Shown piece after piece: positions 52,911 to 64,000 of a stretch of 64,000 nucleotides of DNA. Origin of the DNA: Candidatus Omnitrophota bacterium (lineage in GTDB: Bacteria; Omnitrophota; Gorgyraeia; Gygaellales; Profunditerraquicolaceae); NCBI GenBank assembly GCA_041650835.1, contig JBAZKL010000001.1:765617-829616 (forward strand), read 5' to 3'. Under the pieces are notes generated by a model. That model searched no databases and had not been told where the DNA came from. It saw only the letters and a list, made by a program, of their open reading frames with translations. The stretch's first letter is position 1. Every line of letters begins with the position of its first letter. The position numbers were made by a program, and so were the translations under genes.

Positions 52911-55052
52911 TACAAAGACGCGGTAATCAGGATTGCTCCAGACATAGATATCCAGTTCGTTATTGACCGATTTCATTCCCCGCGCGTACGAGCGTACCGT
53001 AAACCCTAACTCACCGCGCGGTAATTCCATACGCTTGCTCACCTTGATAATATTCCCCGCCGCCTGCTCCCCATCCATGCGCTCCGCCTGCCACGGTTTA
53101 CCGTCGTATGCGCCGTACCATACTTCCGCTTCCACATCCGTTGCGCTTAATCCCGCCTTGCATACCACCTGCGCCTTCACCTCGTACTCATTGCCCCCGA
53201 CGTGCTCCACCGTAACATTCTTCACCGCGGCTATCTTCGCGTGCTTTCTCACGAATTCAAACACCCGCCCGTAATCCAACGCCATTCGTTTACTCGTCAC
53301 CTTCTGATGCGCGATCGCGTACGCCTCGCTCATCATCCCCACCCACCGCTGGTCACGATGCTCCACGTACCCGTAATATAACTGGCTGGCTTCTTTCAAA
53401 TACTCACCCAACAACTGCTGCGCCCGGCTCCTGAACAACTCCACGATCTGCTTCTTCTCCTCATACCACTCAGGCAACTGCATCAACCGCACCTTATCCT
53501 CAAACGAATGGTGCGTCCCTTTGAACACGTTCATCAGCCACCCATTCATCCCGTGCATGATGTATTCCAAAGCCCCGCCCGTTGCCGTCGAGATGACCAA
53601 ATGCCCGTTCAAACCAGCCTTCTGGTCAGCCACACTGCAGCCCTCCATCGTCGACCACGGAACCACAACCCACACGTCGCTTGCCTGCACCGCATGCCTC
53701 ATCACTTCCGTCCCCAACCGTTCCACAAACACAAATCTACCCCGAAGGTCTTCTCTACCCATCAGTTCCTTCAACTTACCCACCCAGCACTTCCCTATCT
53801 CATCACGCGCGATTCCCCCCATCAGCACGTTCATCCCCAGCCCAAACTTCTTGCCCTGCGCTGTATCATATTCCTTGTCCCTGTCCCCGCACACCCACTC
53901 TATTATCTCAAATAAGATCCGCTGCTCCTGGTATGAGATCACCCGGCTCACCATCCCCACCAACGGACGGCTGATCTCACTAAAACTCACTCCCGCCGTC
54001 TTCTTCAAATACGCCTGCAGGTCTTCTTTCGCTTCCTGCCCTGCTTTAAAGATCGATTCCCCGCACACCCGCTGCTGCACCCCCCTGGCTTTTGCTTCCA
54101 GCTCCAATAACCGCTTATTTTTCCATTCCATTTCATCTGAGCCGTTCAAAATGCTCACTATCTTATACTTATGGTCCCCTAAAATGATCATCCTGATCAC
54201 TTCTTTGTTCTCCTCAGACACCGCGGTCACCACGACCGCCCGTTCTGCCAGCCGCCTCATGAGCGACACTTTTCCGTCCTTGATGATCCAATCCGGCACC
54301 ATATCCGCACCGATCTTCTCCTTTAACCATCCGATATCGTGGTACGTCGGCAGTAACGAAAGATCCGGCATGTGCACCGTCAACACTACCGCCAGATCCT
54401 CATAGATACTCTTCTCTCCGCGGCCGCTGAAATATTTCACGTCGTTCCTACGCGCTACTTCCACGAACAATAACTGCGCGTCGTTCAATCTCACCACGTC
54501 AGGTGACACTCCCAGCGCTTTGAACAATTCCACAAATACCCTCCCCATGAACGCCAGCTGGATCGCGCGCTCCGGCTCCTCAGGATACAACTCATTGAAG
54601 ATCTCAGGCTGGCACGCTAATATCACCGGTGTGCCGCTGCGTTCCACTACATAAAAACTCACCACGTATTTCCTCTTATTGAACCTTACTTCTATCCGCA
54701 GCTGTTCTTCTGTTTCCCCGTTCTTCACCCATAACGGCTCTAACTCACTCTCCGTATCCCAATGCACCCGCAGCAGGTTCCCGTTGTCACGGTAGTACGC
54801 GTATAACGGCATTAACCCCACCGCGGCAACTTGCGCCTGCGCGTACCCGCTCCAGTTGTCTACCGCCAAATATCCCAGTTTACCCATACCCATCCCCTGC
54901 TGGATACGCTCATCTTCTATCTCCTTCAAATACCCTTCCAAACTTATATCTGCTACGAATTCTCCCCGCCCTATCATCCACCTTAAATTGTCGTCCGCTA
55001 CTTCTTCCCATCTGCTTAATGGCGATCCGCTTAATAATGAAACCGTTTTCAT
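52911..55052 (-). CDS. Alpha-glucan phosphorylase / glycogen synthase-like GT-B glycosyltransferase (copy A) with a C-terminal CBM-like beta-sandwich.
   Basis: Reverse translation: start MKTVSLLSGSPLSRWEEV at 55050-55052. N-terminal GMGMGKLGYLAVDNWSGYAQAQVAAVGLMPLY (the K-GGLG/sGGLGiLAGD region of GT5/GT35). C-terminal SDVWVVVPWSTMEGCSVADQKAGLNGHLVISTATGGALEYIMHGMNGWLMN (GT-B C-terminal Lys/TGG motif). Then VKAQVVCKAGLSATDVEAEVWYGAYDGKPWQAE (CBM-like). Confidence 0.5.
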
Positions 55053-55099
55053 TCCGCTGTAAAAATTTTTCTCCAAAGGCGAAGCGCAAACTCTTGTTT

Positions 55100-56300
55100 G
55101 CTGGGGCTGCCTGATCGATGCCTGTTCCGGGATAATAAGGCTGCCGTAGGCAATAGCGTCATATTCTTTTAATAAGACCGACGGTGATCTCCCTGCCAGT
55201 AAAATATTTATTTTTTCGTCATACGCGCCTTTTTTATCTAATTCCGCCTTGGTGACAATATCAACAATAATGATCAGCTTATGGTCGCAATTGATCCGGA
55301 AGAATATACGCCAATTATTTGAATCGATACGCGCGTGGTACAGGCCGAAAGAACTATTATCGATCTTTAAAGAGCTCTTCGACCTTTTAGTCCCCAGCTG
55401 CTTTTTAAGCTGTTCGCCTAAGTCATTAAGCAACTGTTCTTGCTTCCACTGCGCGTTACTGCCGTTATTCCTCTTAACGAGGTAAACCTGAAAAGTATTT
55501 TCCGCCGCAGCGAGATCCTCAAGCTTACCCCACGCCTGGAAAACCACCTTAAATATATCGGGTTCAAAGCCGGCGAAACGCTCAACGATGGCGTCTGTAA
55601 TATGTTTTTCAAGAGGATCCAGCCACAGGTGTTGAGCCAGGAGCCTTGCCAGGCGCGTTAAAGGTAATTCTCCGCAAACTGCCGAGAGAAGTTCAACCAT
55701 GTTCTCCTGGTTAGCCATGATATAGGCCAACGCGATCGGCTCCGTCAAATTCGCGGCATAAGCTTTTGCTTGTTTCTTCGAAACGGCTGCCACGGGTTTT
55801 TCCCGCGCAGCTTCCCGGCACACAGCAACTTTCGGCGTTTGAGCAACGCACACATCGGCGGCAGCTTCAGACAAAACCTGAGCCACCGCGGGTAACAAGG
55901 CTTTCTGAGGGGCAGGATTATTAAGAGCATCAAGCTGCCGCTGGTCCCTTTCCATATCGCCATTGATAACAAAGACGTTGCCTTGCAACTGCCTTATCCC
56001 CGCCGTCATGATCTTTTCTTCCGACTGCGCTTGCCGGATATCCTTCATAAGTGAGTCGCGCTGCTTCACCAGATTCTTCCAAAGGCGGTCTTTTATCCTT
56101 ACTTCTTTCTGTTCCGCGGTAGGCCAAAAGAAGCGCAGGGCCTTTTCCCAAACGGATTGCTTTTCAGAATAAACGCGTATCTTTTCCCTTAGATCAGCCG
56201 TCTTTGAACGGATCCTGTCAGCTTCACCGGATTTCGTCCTATGTTCTGCCTTTAAAGAAATAACGTTCGCGCGGAGATCTTCCAATTCTTTATTCCTCAT
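55100..56300 (-). CDS. Coiled-coil-rich segment between GT-B copies B and A. A separate small gene or genes, or the C-terminal tail of B.
   Basis: Non-codon-checked reverse translation is rich in heptad-like E/K/R/L runs (...ELEDLRANVISLKAEHRTKSGEADRIRSKTADLREKIRVYSEKQ...). Confidence 0.2.
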
Positions 56301-58628
56301 GACCAAAACTTCCTCGATCTCATCTCTTTCTTTCTCGAGTTCCCCTATCCGGGTGAGCAGGGCATCTTCATTCACCGCAGATGACGCTCTTTTTGCCTGC
56401 CCGCGCCCATCTTTGACCGGCGACGACGCATGGCAAACACGGTAATCCTGTCCGAATTGCTGGCTCCAGGTATATATCTCCAGGTCAGGATCAACTTCTT
56501 CCATACCCCTGGCATAGGCCCGCGCGGAAAATCCGCAATCACCGGGAAGCAGCTTTACTTTAGTCGTACCGTTTATAGTCCCGAACTCAGTCGCTGCCAG
56601 CTCCATGTTCACCGCGTTCCACGCGGAACCGTCGTATCTTCCGTAATATATCTGCATCACCACTTCATCCACCCCCAGGTCGGCGCCTAAGACTTCCGCG
56701 GAGACTTCATACTCATTTTCCTGCAGGAGTTTAACATCAAGGTTCCTGATATAAGCGATACGCGCTTCGCGCCTGACGTATTCGAACATCCGTTCGTAAT
56801 CCCTGACCATGCGTTCAATGGATACTTTTTGATGAGAGATCACATACGAATCCTTCATCATGCGCAGCCAGCGTTCATCCTGGTTTTCCGTATAGTTATA
56901 ATATAACCGGGAGGCTTCCTGTAAATATTCTCCCAATAAACGCTGCGCGCGGGAGCGGTACAATTCGACGACCGCCTTCTTTTCCGGGTATTTATCCGGC
57001 AACTGCATCAACTGCACGACTTCTTTGAACGAATAGCCTGTTCCCGCGAACACATCCATGAGCCAGCCGTTAATACCATGAATAATGTATTCCAACGGGC
57101 CGCCGGTAGCGGTAGCGATATTAGGCTTACCATTGAACGCGGGCCGGTGATCCGAGGTACCGCAGGCTTCCCGGGTGGAACGCGGCATGCTCACCCAGAC
57201 ATCGCTTGCCTGCGTTGCCCGCTTCATGATCTCATAGCCTGAACCTTCAATAAAAACGAACTTACCGAGAAGTGACTCCTCCTGCATTAATTTCTTGAAT
57301 ATATCGATCATCTCCACGCCGAACTCATCCTGTCCGACACCGCCTACCAGCACATTCATCGCCAACCCCGGGAACTCTCCCCACGGGATAGAATATATTT
57401 TATCCCTGTCTCCGCAGATCCAATTCAGTATTTCATACAATATCCTTTGCTCTTTGTACGCGACGAGCCTGCGGACCAATCCCACGAGCGGCCGGGAAAT
57501 ATCGCTAAAACCATGCCCGGCTATTGCTTTAAGGAACTCATTTAATATTCCTTTATTCTCCTGGCCGATAGTAAAGAGGTCCAGGCCGCTCACCTCTTCT
57601 CCTTTGACGAGAAGCTCTGCTTCTAATTCCTGCAATTTCCTGCTTTTCCATAATTTCGGGTCAGAACCGTTCAATATACCGGTAATTTTCTTGCTGAATT
57701 CAGGCAAAATAACCAGCTTCGTCACTTCCTTATGTTCGTTTGCCACGGCGTTAATGATGGTTGAGCGTTCAGCGATACGCCGAGCCATATCCACCCGTTC
57801 ATCGCGCACGATCCACGCGGGGACCATATCTTCACCGATATGATATTTCAACCACCAGATATTATCGTACGTCGGCAGTGCGGCTGCTTCAGGAGTATGT
57901 GTCGTCAGTACCACTCTGGTGCGGTTATGAGGGCTCTGTAACCCTTTGTTCCTGAACAATTCTATTTCATTGCTGCGCGCGACCTCCAGGAAAAGTAATT
58001 GCGGTTCATTCAGCCGCAGAATATCAGGCATAACCCCTAAGACGCGGAACAATTCAACATACACTTTTCCCATAAAAGCATATTGCTTGACGCGCTCCTG
58101 AGCGTCTTTCGGATACAAGGCCGCGAATATCTGCGGCTGATACGCCAAGAGCACCGGTGTCCCGTCACGCTCCATCATATAAAAAGTCACCGGATAACTC
58201 CTGGAGTTTAATTTCGGCTCTATCATAAGCTGTTCCAGCTTATCGCCCCTGCGTATCATGACGGGCTTAATAATATCGGATTCTTCTTTCCAGTTGATCC
58301 AGAAACGGTTCTCCACCTCCTCAATTTCAATGATATCCTCGCCCTTATCATTCTTCTTTACGACCTGCTTTTTTTCCATTACTTTAAAATTAGCATATAA
58401 CGGCATCAACCCCATAACATCCATACCTACCTGGCCGTAACCGCCGAATGTTTCCCCTGCCAAAAAGCCCAACCCGCCAGAAGCTAACGCGTTCTGCCAT
58501 TGCTGGTTCTTGACCTCGGGTAAAAAGGCTTCCAGGGATACGTCCGCGACAAACTGGCTCTTGGTTACGATCTCCCTTAAGCGGTCATGCGCGATATTCT
58601 GAGCGAGAATAGCGCTCGATGAACGCAT
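56300..58628 (-). CDS. Alpha-glucan phosphorylase-like GT-B glycosyltransferase (copy B), a diverged paralog of A and C.
   Basis: Reverse translation: start MRSSSAILAQNIAHDRLREIVTKSQFVADVSLEAFLPEVKNQQWQNALASGGLGFLAGETFGGYGQVGMDVMGLMPLYANFKV (the aSGGLGfLAGE signature of the alpha-glucan phosphorylase family). C-terminal CBM-like AYARGMEEVDPDLEIYTWSQQFGQDYRV at about 56400. Confidence 0.5.
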
Positions 58629-58673
58629 TGCGACCAGCGCGCCTGTTATTCTATCGGCGATAGCCGACGAGGA

Positions 58674-60815
58674 TACAAAGACGCGGTAATCAGGATTGCT
58701 CCAGACATAGATATCCAGTTCGTTATTGACCGATTTCATTCCCCGCGCGTACGAGCGTACCGTAAACCCTAACTCACCGCGCGGTAATTCCATACGCTTG
58801 CTCACCTTGATAATATTCCCCGCCGCCTGCTCCCCATCCATGCGCTCCGCCTGCCACGGTTTACCGTCGTATGCGCCGTACCATACTTCCGCTTCCACAT
58901 CCGTTGCGCTTAATCCCGCCTTGCATACCACCTGCGCCTTCACCTCGTACTCATTGCCCCCGACGTGCTCCACCGTAACATTCTTCACCGCGGCTATCTT
59001 CGCGTGCTTTCTCACGAATTCAAACACCCGCCCGTAATCCAACGCCATTCGTTTACTCGTCACCTTCTGATGCGCGATCGCGTACGCCTCGCTCATCATC
59101 CCCACCCACCGCTGGTCACGATGCTCCACGTACCCGTAATATAACTGGCTGGCTTCTTTCAAATACTCACCCAACAACTGCTGCGCCCGGCTCCTGAACA
59201 ACTCCACGATCTGCTTCTTCTCCTCATACCACTCAGGCAACTGCATCAACCGCACCTTATCCTCAAACGAATGGTGCGTCCCTTTGAACACGTTCATCAG
59301 CCACCCATTCATCCCGTGCATGATGTATTCCAAAGCCCCGCCCGTTGCCGTCGAGATGACCAAATGCCCGTTCAAACCAGCCTTCTGGTCAGCCACACTG
59401 CAGCCCTCCATCGTCGACCACGGAACCACAACCCACACGTCGCTTGCCTGCACCGCATGCCTCATCACTTCCGTCCCCAACCGTTCCACAAACACAAATC
59501 TACCCCGAAGGTCTTCTCTACCCATCAGTTCCTTCAACTTACCCACCCAGCACTTCCCTATCTCATCACGCGCGATTCCCCCCATCAGCACGTTCATCCC
59601 CAGCCCAAACTTCTTGCCCTGCGCTGTATCATATTCCTTGTCCCTGTCCCCGCACACCCACTCTATTATCTCAAATAAGATCCGCTGCTCCTGGTATGAG
59701 ATCACCCGGCTCACCATCCCCACCAACGGACGGCTGATCTCACTAAAACTCACTCCCGCCGTCTTCTTCAAATACGCCTGCAGGTCTTCTTTCGCTTCCT
59801 GCCCTGCTTTAAAGATCGATTCCCCGCACACCCGCTGCTGCACCCCCCTGGCTTTTGCTTCCAGCTCCAATAACCGCTTATTTTTCCATTCCATTTCATC
59901 TGAGCCGTTCAAAATGCTCACTATCTTATACTTATGGTCCCCTAAAATGATCATCCTGATCACTTCTTTGTTCTCCTCAGACACCGCGGTCACCACGACC
60001 GCCCGTTCTGCCAGCCGCCTCATGAGCGACACTTTTCCGTCCTTGATGATCCAATCCGGCACCATATCCGCACCGATCTTCTCCTTTAACCATCCGATAT
60101 CGTGGTACGTCGGCAGTAACGAAAGATCCGGCATGTGCACCGTCAACACTACCGCCAGATCCTCATAGATACTCTTCTCTCCGCGGCCGCTGAAATATTT
60201 CACGTCGTTCCTACGCGCTACTTCCACGAACAATAACTGCGCGTCGTTCAATCTCACCACGTCAGGTGACACTCCCAGCGCTTTGAACAATTCCACAAAT
60301 ACCCTCCCCATGAACGCCAGCTGGATCGCGCGCTCCGGCTCCTCAGGATACAACTCATTGAAGATCTCAGGCTGGCACGCTAATATCACCGGTGTGCCGC
60401 TGCGTTCCACTACATAAAAACTCACCACGTATTTCCTCTTATTGAACCTTACTTCTATCCGCAGCTGTTCTTCTGTTTCCCCGTTCTTCACCCATAACGG
60501 CTCTAACTCACTCTCCGTATCCCAATGCACCCGCAGCAGGTTCCCGTTGTCACGGTAGTACGCGTATAACGGCATTAACCCCACCGCGGCAACTTGCGCC
60601 TGCGCGTACCCGCTCCAGTTGTCTACCGCCAAATATCCCAGTTTACCCATACCCATCCCCTGCTGGATACGCTCATCTTCTATCTCCTTCAAATACCCTT
60701 CCAAACTTATATCTGCTACGAATTCTCCCCGCCCTATCATCCACCTTAAATTGTCGTCCGCTACTTCTTCCCATCTGCTTAATGGCGATCCGCTTAATAA
60801 TGAAACCGTTTTCAT
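58674..60815 (-). CDS. Alpha-glucan phosphorylase / glycogen synthase-like GT-B glycosyltransferase (copy C), identical to copy A.
   Basis: 58654-60853 is an exact direct repeat of 52891-55090. The identical plus-strand shadow ORFs at 53521/59284, 52963/58726 and 54856/60619 confirm this. Confidence 0.5.
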
Positions 60816-60999
60816 TCCGCTGTAAAAATTTTTCTCCAAAGGCGAAGCGCTTAATATATTTTCAATATAAACGGCGGCTTCTTCAGTTGCCTGGCGGACG
60901 GACAAAACATCCATATCGACGACATAGGCGCCGGTTAAATCAGGCTTCTGATAAACGCTCAAGCTATTATGATCTTCGATATATTGCGGTTTGACCCCT

Positions 61000-63900
61000 A
61001 AATTTTCGCTTTGTTTTTCTATGGAGATATCGCAATAGATTTGAATTATGGTAAATCCTTCTTTTTCAAATTTTGCCACCTCATCGGGCGTCAGAGGATA
61101 GGTCAAAACAAGATTGATCCCGTTGTAGCGTTTATGCGCGTGCTCGGATCTTGCCAGGCTGCTGTAATAATCAAGCGCGGCACCCCATATCTGAGGGCGG
61201 CGGGTCAACATATAAAAAGCCTTCATCCTTACTTTATTTTTCTCGATCATTTTTGTCATGTCCCGCACCAGATATCCGCCTTCTACCTTGGCCGTAGTGC
61301 TGGTAACGACGCCGTCTTTATCGATAAAACATATCGGCTCCTGCGTATAATCTATCCTCTGGACAAGGAAATCTATTAAATGCCGCAGCGCGTATCCTGA
61401 AACAAATTTCGCGAACAGATCCCGGTCCACGGCGTCGCTAAACAAATACTCAGGATCATAACCGGCATTGCCGCAATCATCGACCAATTGATTGGTCCAT
61501 TCCCTGAACATAAAACCGGGATAAATATACCGGGAAACCGCCTTGCCTTCCGCGATCTTTCTTTTTGAAGCGATCGCGCGCGCTATTTCTTTCTTTCCGG
61601 AACCTTTCACCCCGCTATAAACCACGATAGACGGCTTTTCCGAAACCAGCGCGCCGGGAATATCCGCAAGCACCGTATTCACCGGGACAGAAACTATAGC
61701 GGTAGTCCCCTGGTTCAATCCTTTACTATTGAATAAAACATACCCTCCCTTATCCTCAATTTCCTTCTTCATCGAAGAAAGCCCTAAGCCTTCTCCGGGA
61801 ATACCTTCATCGGTATGAAAACGCTCACTCGGCCGAGCGATCTTTCCCAATTGTTCAGGCGTCAACCCCCTGCCGTTGTCGCTGACCCGGTAAACTATCT
61901 CTCCTTCATCCCAGTCGACGCAAACGCGGATGACTATCTCAAGAGGGACCTGAGGATTCCTGTATTTAATAGCGTTGGAAATAAAATTGGTGAGGGCGTT
62001 ATACGCCGGGTCAGGATAAGTAATGAACGCTCGACCAGTAAGGTTGTCGTCAACCAGCACCTTTATAAAAGGTTCCGCCGTTACGACCTGCTGGGATTTT
62101 ATTTCCTCCCGGAAGGACGCGGCGATATTCTCCACGAACTTGCCGACATCGATACAATCTATGGAAATATCAAGATTGCTGAATATGAGGGCCATTAAGC
62201 GTTCCGCGGTATCGGTATTCTTTAAAAGATACTCCAACGGGGACTGCAGCGCCTCATAGGCCGCAGGTATTCCTTTAAGCAGGCGCAGCTGCACCTGGAG
62301 CTTGCGGTTAACAACCCTGAACTCGTCGCTTGCTTCTTCTATCAGCGCATACTGGCCGATCAATTCAGATAATTCAGATAATTCAAAAGGTAAACCGTTC
62401 TTTTCCTTTTCTTTCAAAGCAACTACCTTATTATGGAACAACATTATCTTCGCCCGCAGCGCGTCTGCATGTTGAAAGATCTCCGAAAGGAGCCCGACCT
62501 TAATATCAGCTTCTGCTTTCTTAACCAGCGGGGCATACAAAGAAACAGGCAGATCTACCGCACTTTCATACAAAGCTTTTATTACCGCTTTCTCTTTATA
62601 TCCCGGCTCTAAGCTATCGACCGCAGCGCGCATGCGGAAAGATACCGTTTGATAGAGCGGATAGGGCAGCCCGCTTATGGCCTCATCAAGAAAGGAGTAA
62701 GCGTCTTTTTTATGGATGAACTTCGCGCAGGTGTAAAATACGCCTTGCGCGAAAGCGTCTTTCATGAGCGGATGCTCTTCTTTGCTCATTTTAACGGCCA
62801 GCATCTTTAATCTTCTTTCCAACATGAGGGCGAAGTTACCGTACGCGTAAAGCAAATTCTTAACATGATGCAGCAATCCCGCCTCCACCCTCCTGAGCAA
62901 ATAGTAGCCATGCGCTATATTTTTCTCTACCGGAGACGCCGCCTGGGCTTCAGGACGATACAGCATATTCTTCATAATAGATGCTCTTACGGAAAGCGGC
63001 AGAAGCGCTAAGTTGCCTGATTTACGGATATCGGTCGAGCGGATACCGAAGAGGTAAAGTTCAGAAATCAATGATACTTCGTAAGGGGTTTGCGTGAGAT
63101 CTTTTTGCAGAAGCGCGTAATCTCTATCTAAACGCACAGCGATCTTAAAGGCGACATCATCAAAACGGTGCTGATATTTCCTTAAAAGGTAATCGAAATT
63201 CCTGGCCCATTTAATATAGGTATCGCTGCCGCAGGCGACATAGAACGTTGCCGGCCGGGCCGAAGGATTGGCTTCCAATATCCTGAGCGCGTTTTCCGTC
63301 CCGTAATCATCCGGATACTCTAAGCTCAATAACGAAGTCTTGATCAAGGGATCGAAAATATCCGACATCGCTCGCGCCATTTCATGCCTAAGAGAAGCGT
63401 CTGTCTTTTTGCTTTTCCAAACCACGCCATCCGGGTCGGGGGCGTTTGTCCCGACAGGGGCCATAAATGCCACATACTGTTTCGATGAACCTCTTTCTTT
63501 TTCCGTAACAAAAACCAGGGTATCCAGCAATAAATCGATGTGGTCGAAATGCGCCGGGTCGAAGGTCCCGGGCAAAGCGACCATAACCAGCTCTTTCGAT
63601 GTATCAGCGTCTAAGGATTGTGCTTCTGCTGAAGACATTCTTACCCAGGGCGCTAAAGAAACATCCCCCGCGTAAACGCGCGAAAGGATAGTCCTCAAAT
63701 TATGATTAACCTTAAGCTTTATATCCTCAAGCAGCGAGGCATCACTGTCGCATAAGCCTTTTTCCATAGCGGCTATTTCCCGGTTAAACCTGATGATCAT
63801 ATCAAGCATCATTTCCAGCGAGCGTTCATCGGCGCGCCTGCCGGTAGGGACAAAAGAGCCGTTCTTCCAGATATAATTGGCGCCTCGTTTATTGGTAACC

Positions 63901-64000
63901 CTTAAAGAAACTTCAGAAAGGCCCTTACCCTCATAAACATCAAAAGACAGCACATTCTTATAGGTCTTTAACTGCTGCTTACGGTAATTGTATATGCATA
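61000..64000 (-). CDS. Carbohydrate/nucleotide-sugar enzyme region: kinase-like segment followed by an HxGH-type nucleotidyltransferase-like motif. The gene or genes run off the right edge.
   Basis: Reverse translation of 63240-64000 gives ...YEGKGLSEVSLRVTNKRGANYIWKNGSF...SKELVMVALPGTFDPAHFDHIDLLLDTL (T/HxGH cytidylyl/adenylyltransferase-like motif) ...QYVAFMAPVGTNAPDPDGVV. Confidence 0.3.

Noticed and set aside
175-63675. Plus-strand ORFs from the supplied track (for example 53521-54405, 59284-60168, 29401-30033, 38703-39374) as candidate genes.
   Set aside because: All are compositionally biased (S/R/L/P-rich) mirror-frame shadows of minus-strand genes. None shows a recognisable motif, and each overlaps a minus-strand domain identified by direct translation.
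1-64000. A single Omnitrophota-style giant gene spanning the window (no minus-strand ORF in the track, long apparently stop-free reading).
   Set aside because: Junctions show ordinary gene punctuation in alternate frames: TAA at 45849-45851 followed by a new N-terminus; a stop at about 21155 followed by an ATG at 21072-21074; TAA plus ATG between GT-B copies C and B; an SD-ATG at 52599. Distinct enzyme families alternate as in a normal operon array. Apparent continuity is better explained by 1-nt indel errors and chance open frames.

Overview
Essentially the whole 64 kb window (GC about 50%) is protein-coding on the minus strand. Every plus-strand ORF in the supplied track is an S/L/R-rich shadow of a minus-strand gene.

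I read the reverse strand by hand and recognised the following, in order of rising coordinate:
- a partial Gfo/Idh/MocA-type Rossmann domain;
- a Zn-ribbon class I SAM methyltransferase, plus two further methyltransferase-like motifs;
- a large ACT + RelA/SpoT-type HD + HD-domain protein;
- an HExxH peptidase-like N-terminus;
- a polytopic membrane protein;
- a YkuD L,D-transpeptidase;
- a CoaE-like P-loop kinase;
- a second ACT + RelA/SpoT-HD paralog;
- another methyltransferase;
- a phosphoglycerate mutase (iPGM) with a hydrophobic N-terminal extension;
- a PTS-EI/PEP-utilising enzyme with a long helical N-terminus;
- a TPR protein;
- a HEAT-repeat sensor-kinase ATPase;
- a glycogen debranching enzyme;
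- a GH77 amylomaltase;
- a small-alarmone-synthetase-like domain next to a membrane GGDEF cyclase;
- an 87-aa ORF with a perfect Shine-Dalgarno sequence;
- three tandem alpha-glucan phosphorylase/synthase-like GT-B genes, two of them 100% identical over 2.2 kb;
- a kinase plus HxGH-nucleotidyltransferase-like region at the right edge.

A 93-nt inverted-repeat element occurs twice in intergenic spacers.

Many conserved motifs need a 1-nt frame change at homopolymers, which suggests an indel-rich assembly or pseudogenisation. Gene boundaries are therefore approximate. Several domain calls rest on coordinate-checked translation of motif segments; others rest on a rapid, non-codon-checked read of the reverse strand, and the evidence field of each feature says which.

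The most interesting candidate system is an alpha-glucan (glycogen) metabolism supercluster wired to (p)ppGpp and c-di-GMP signalling proteins. No rRNA, tRNA or CRISPR was seen.
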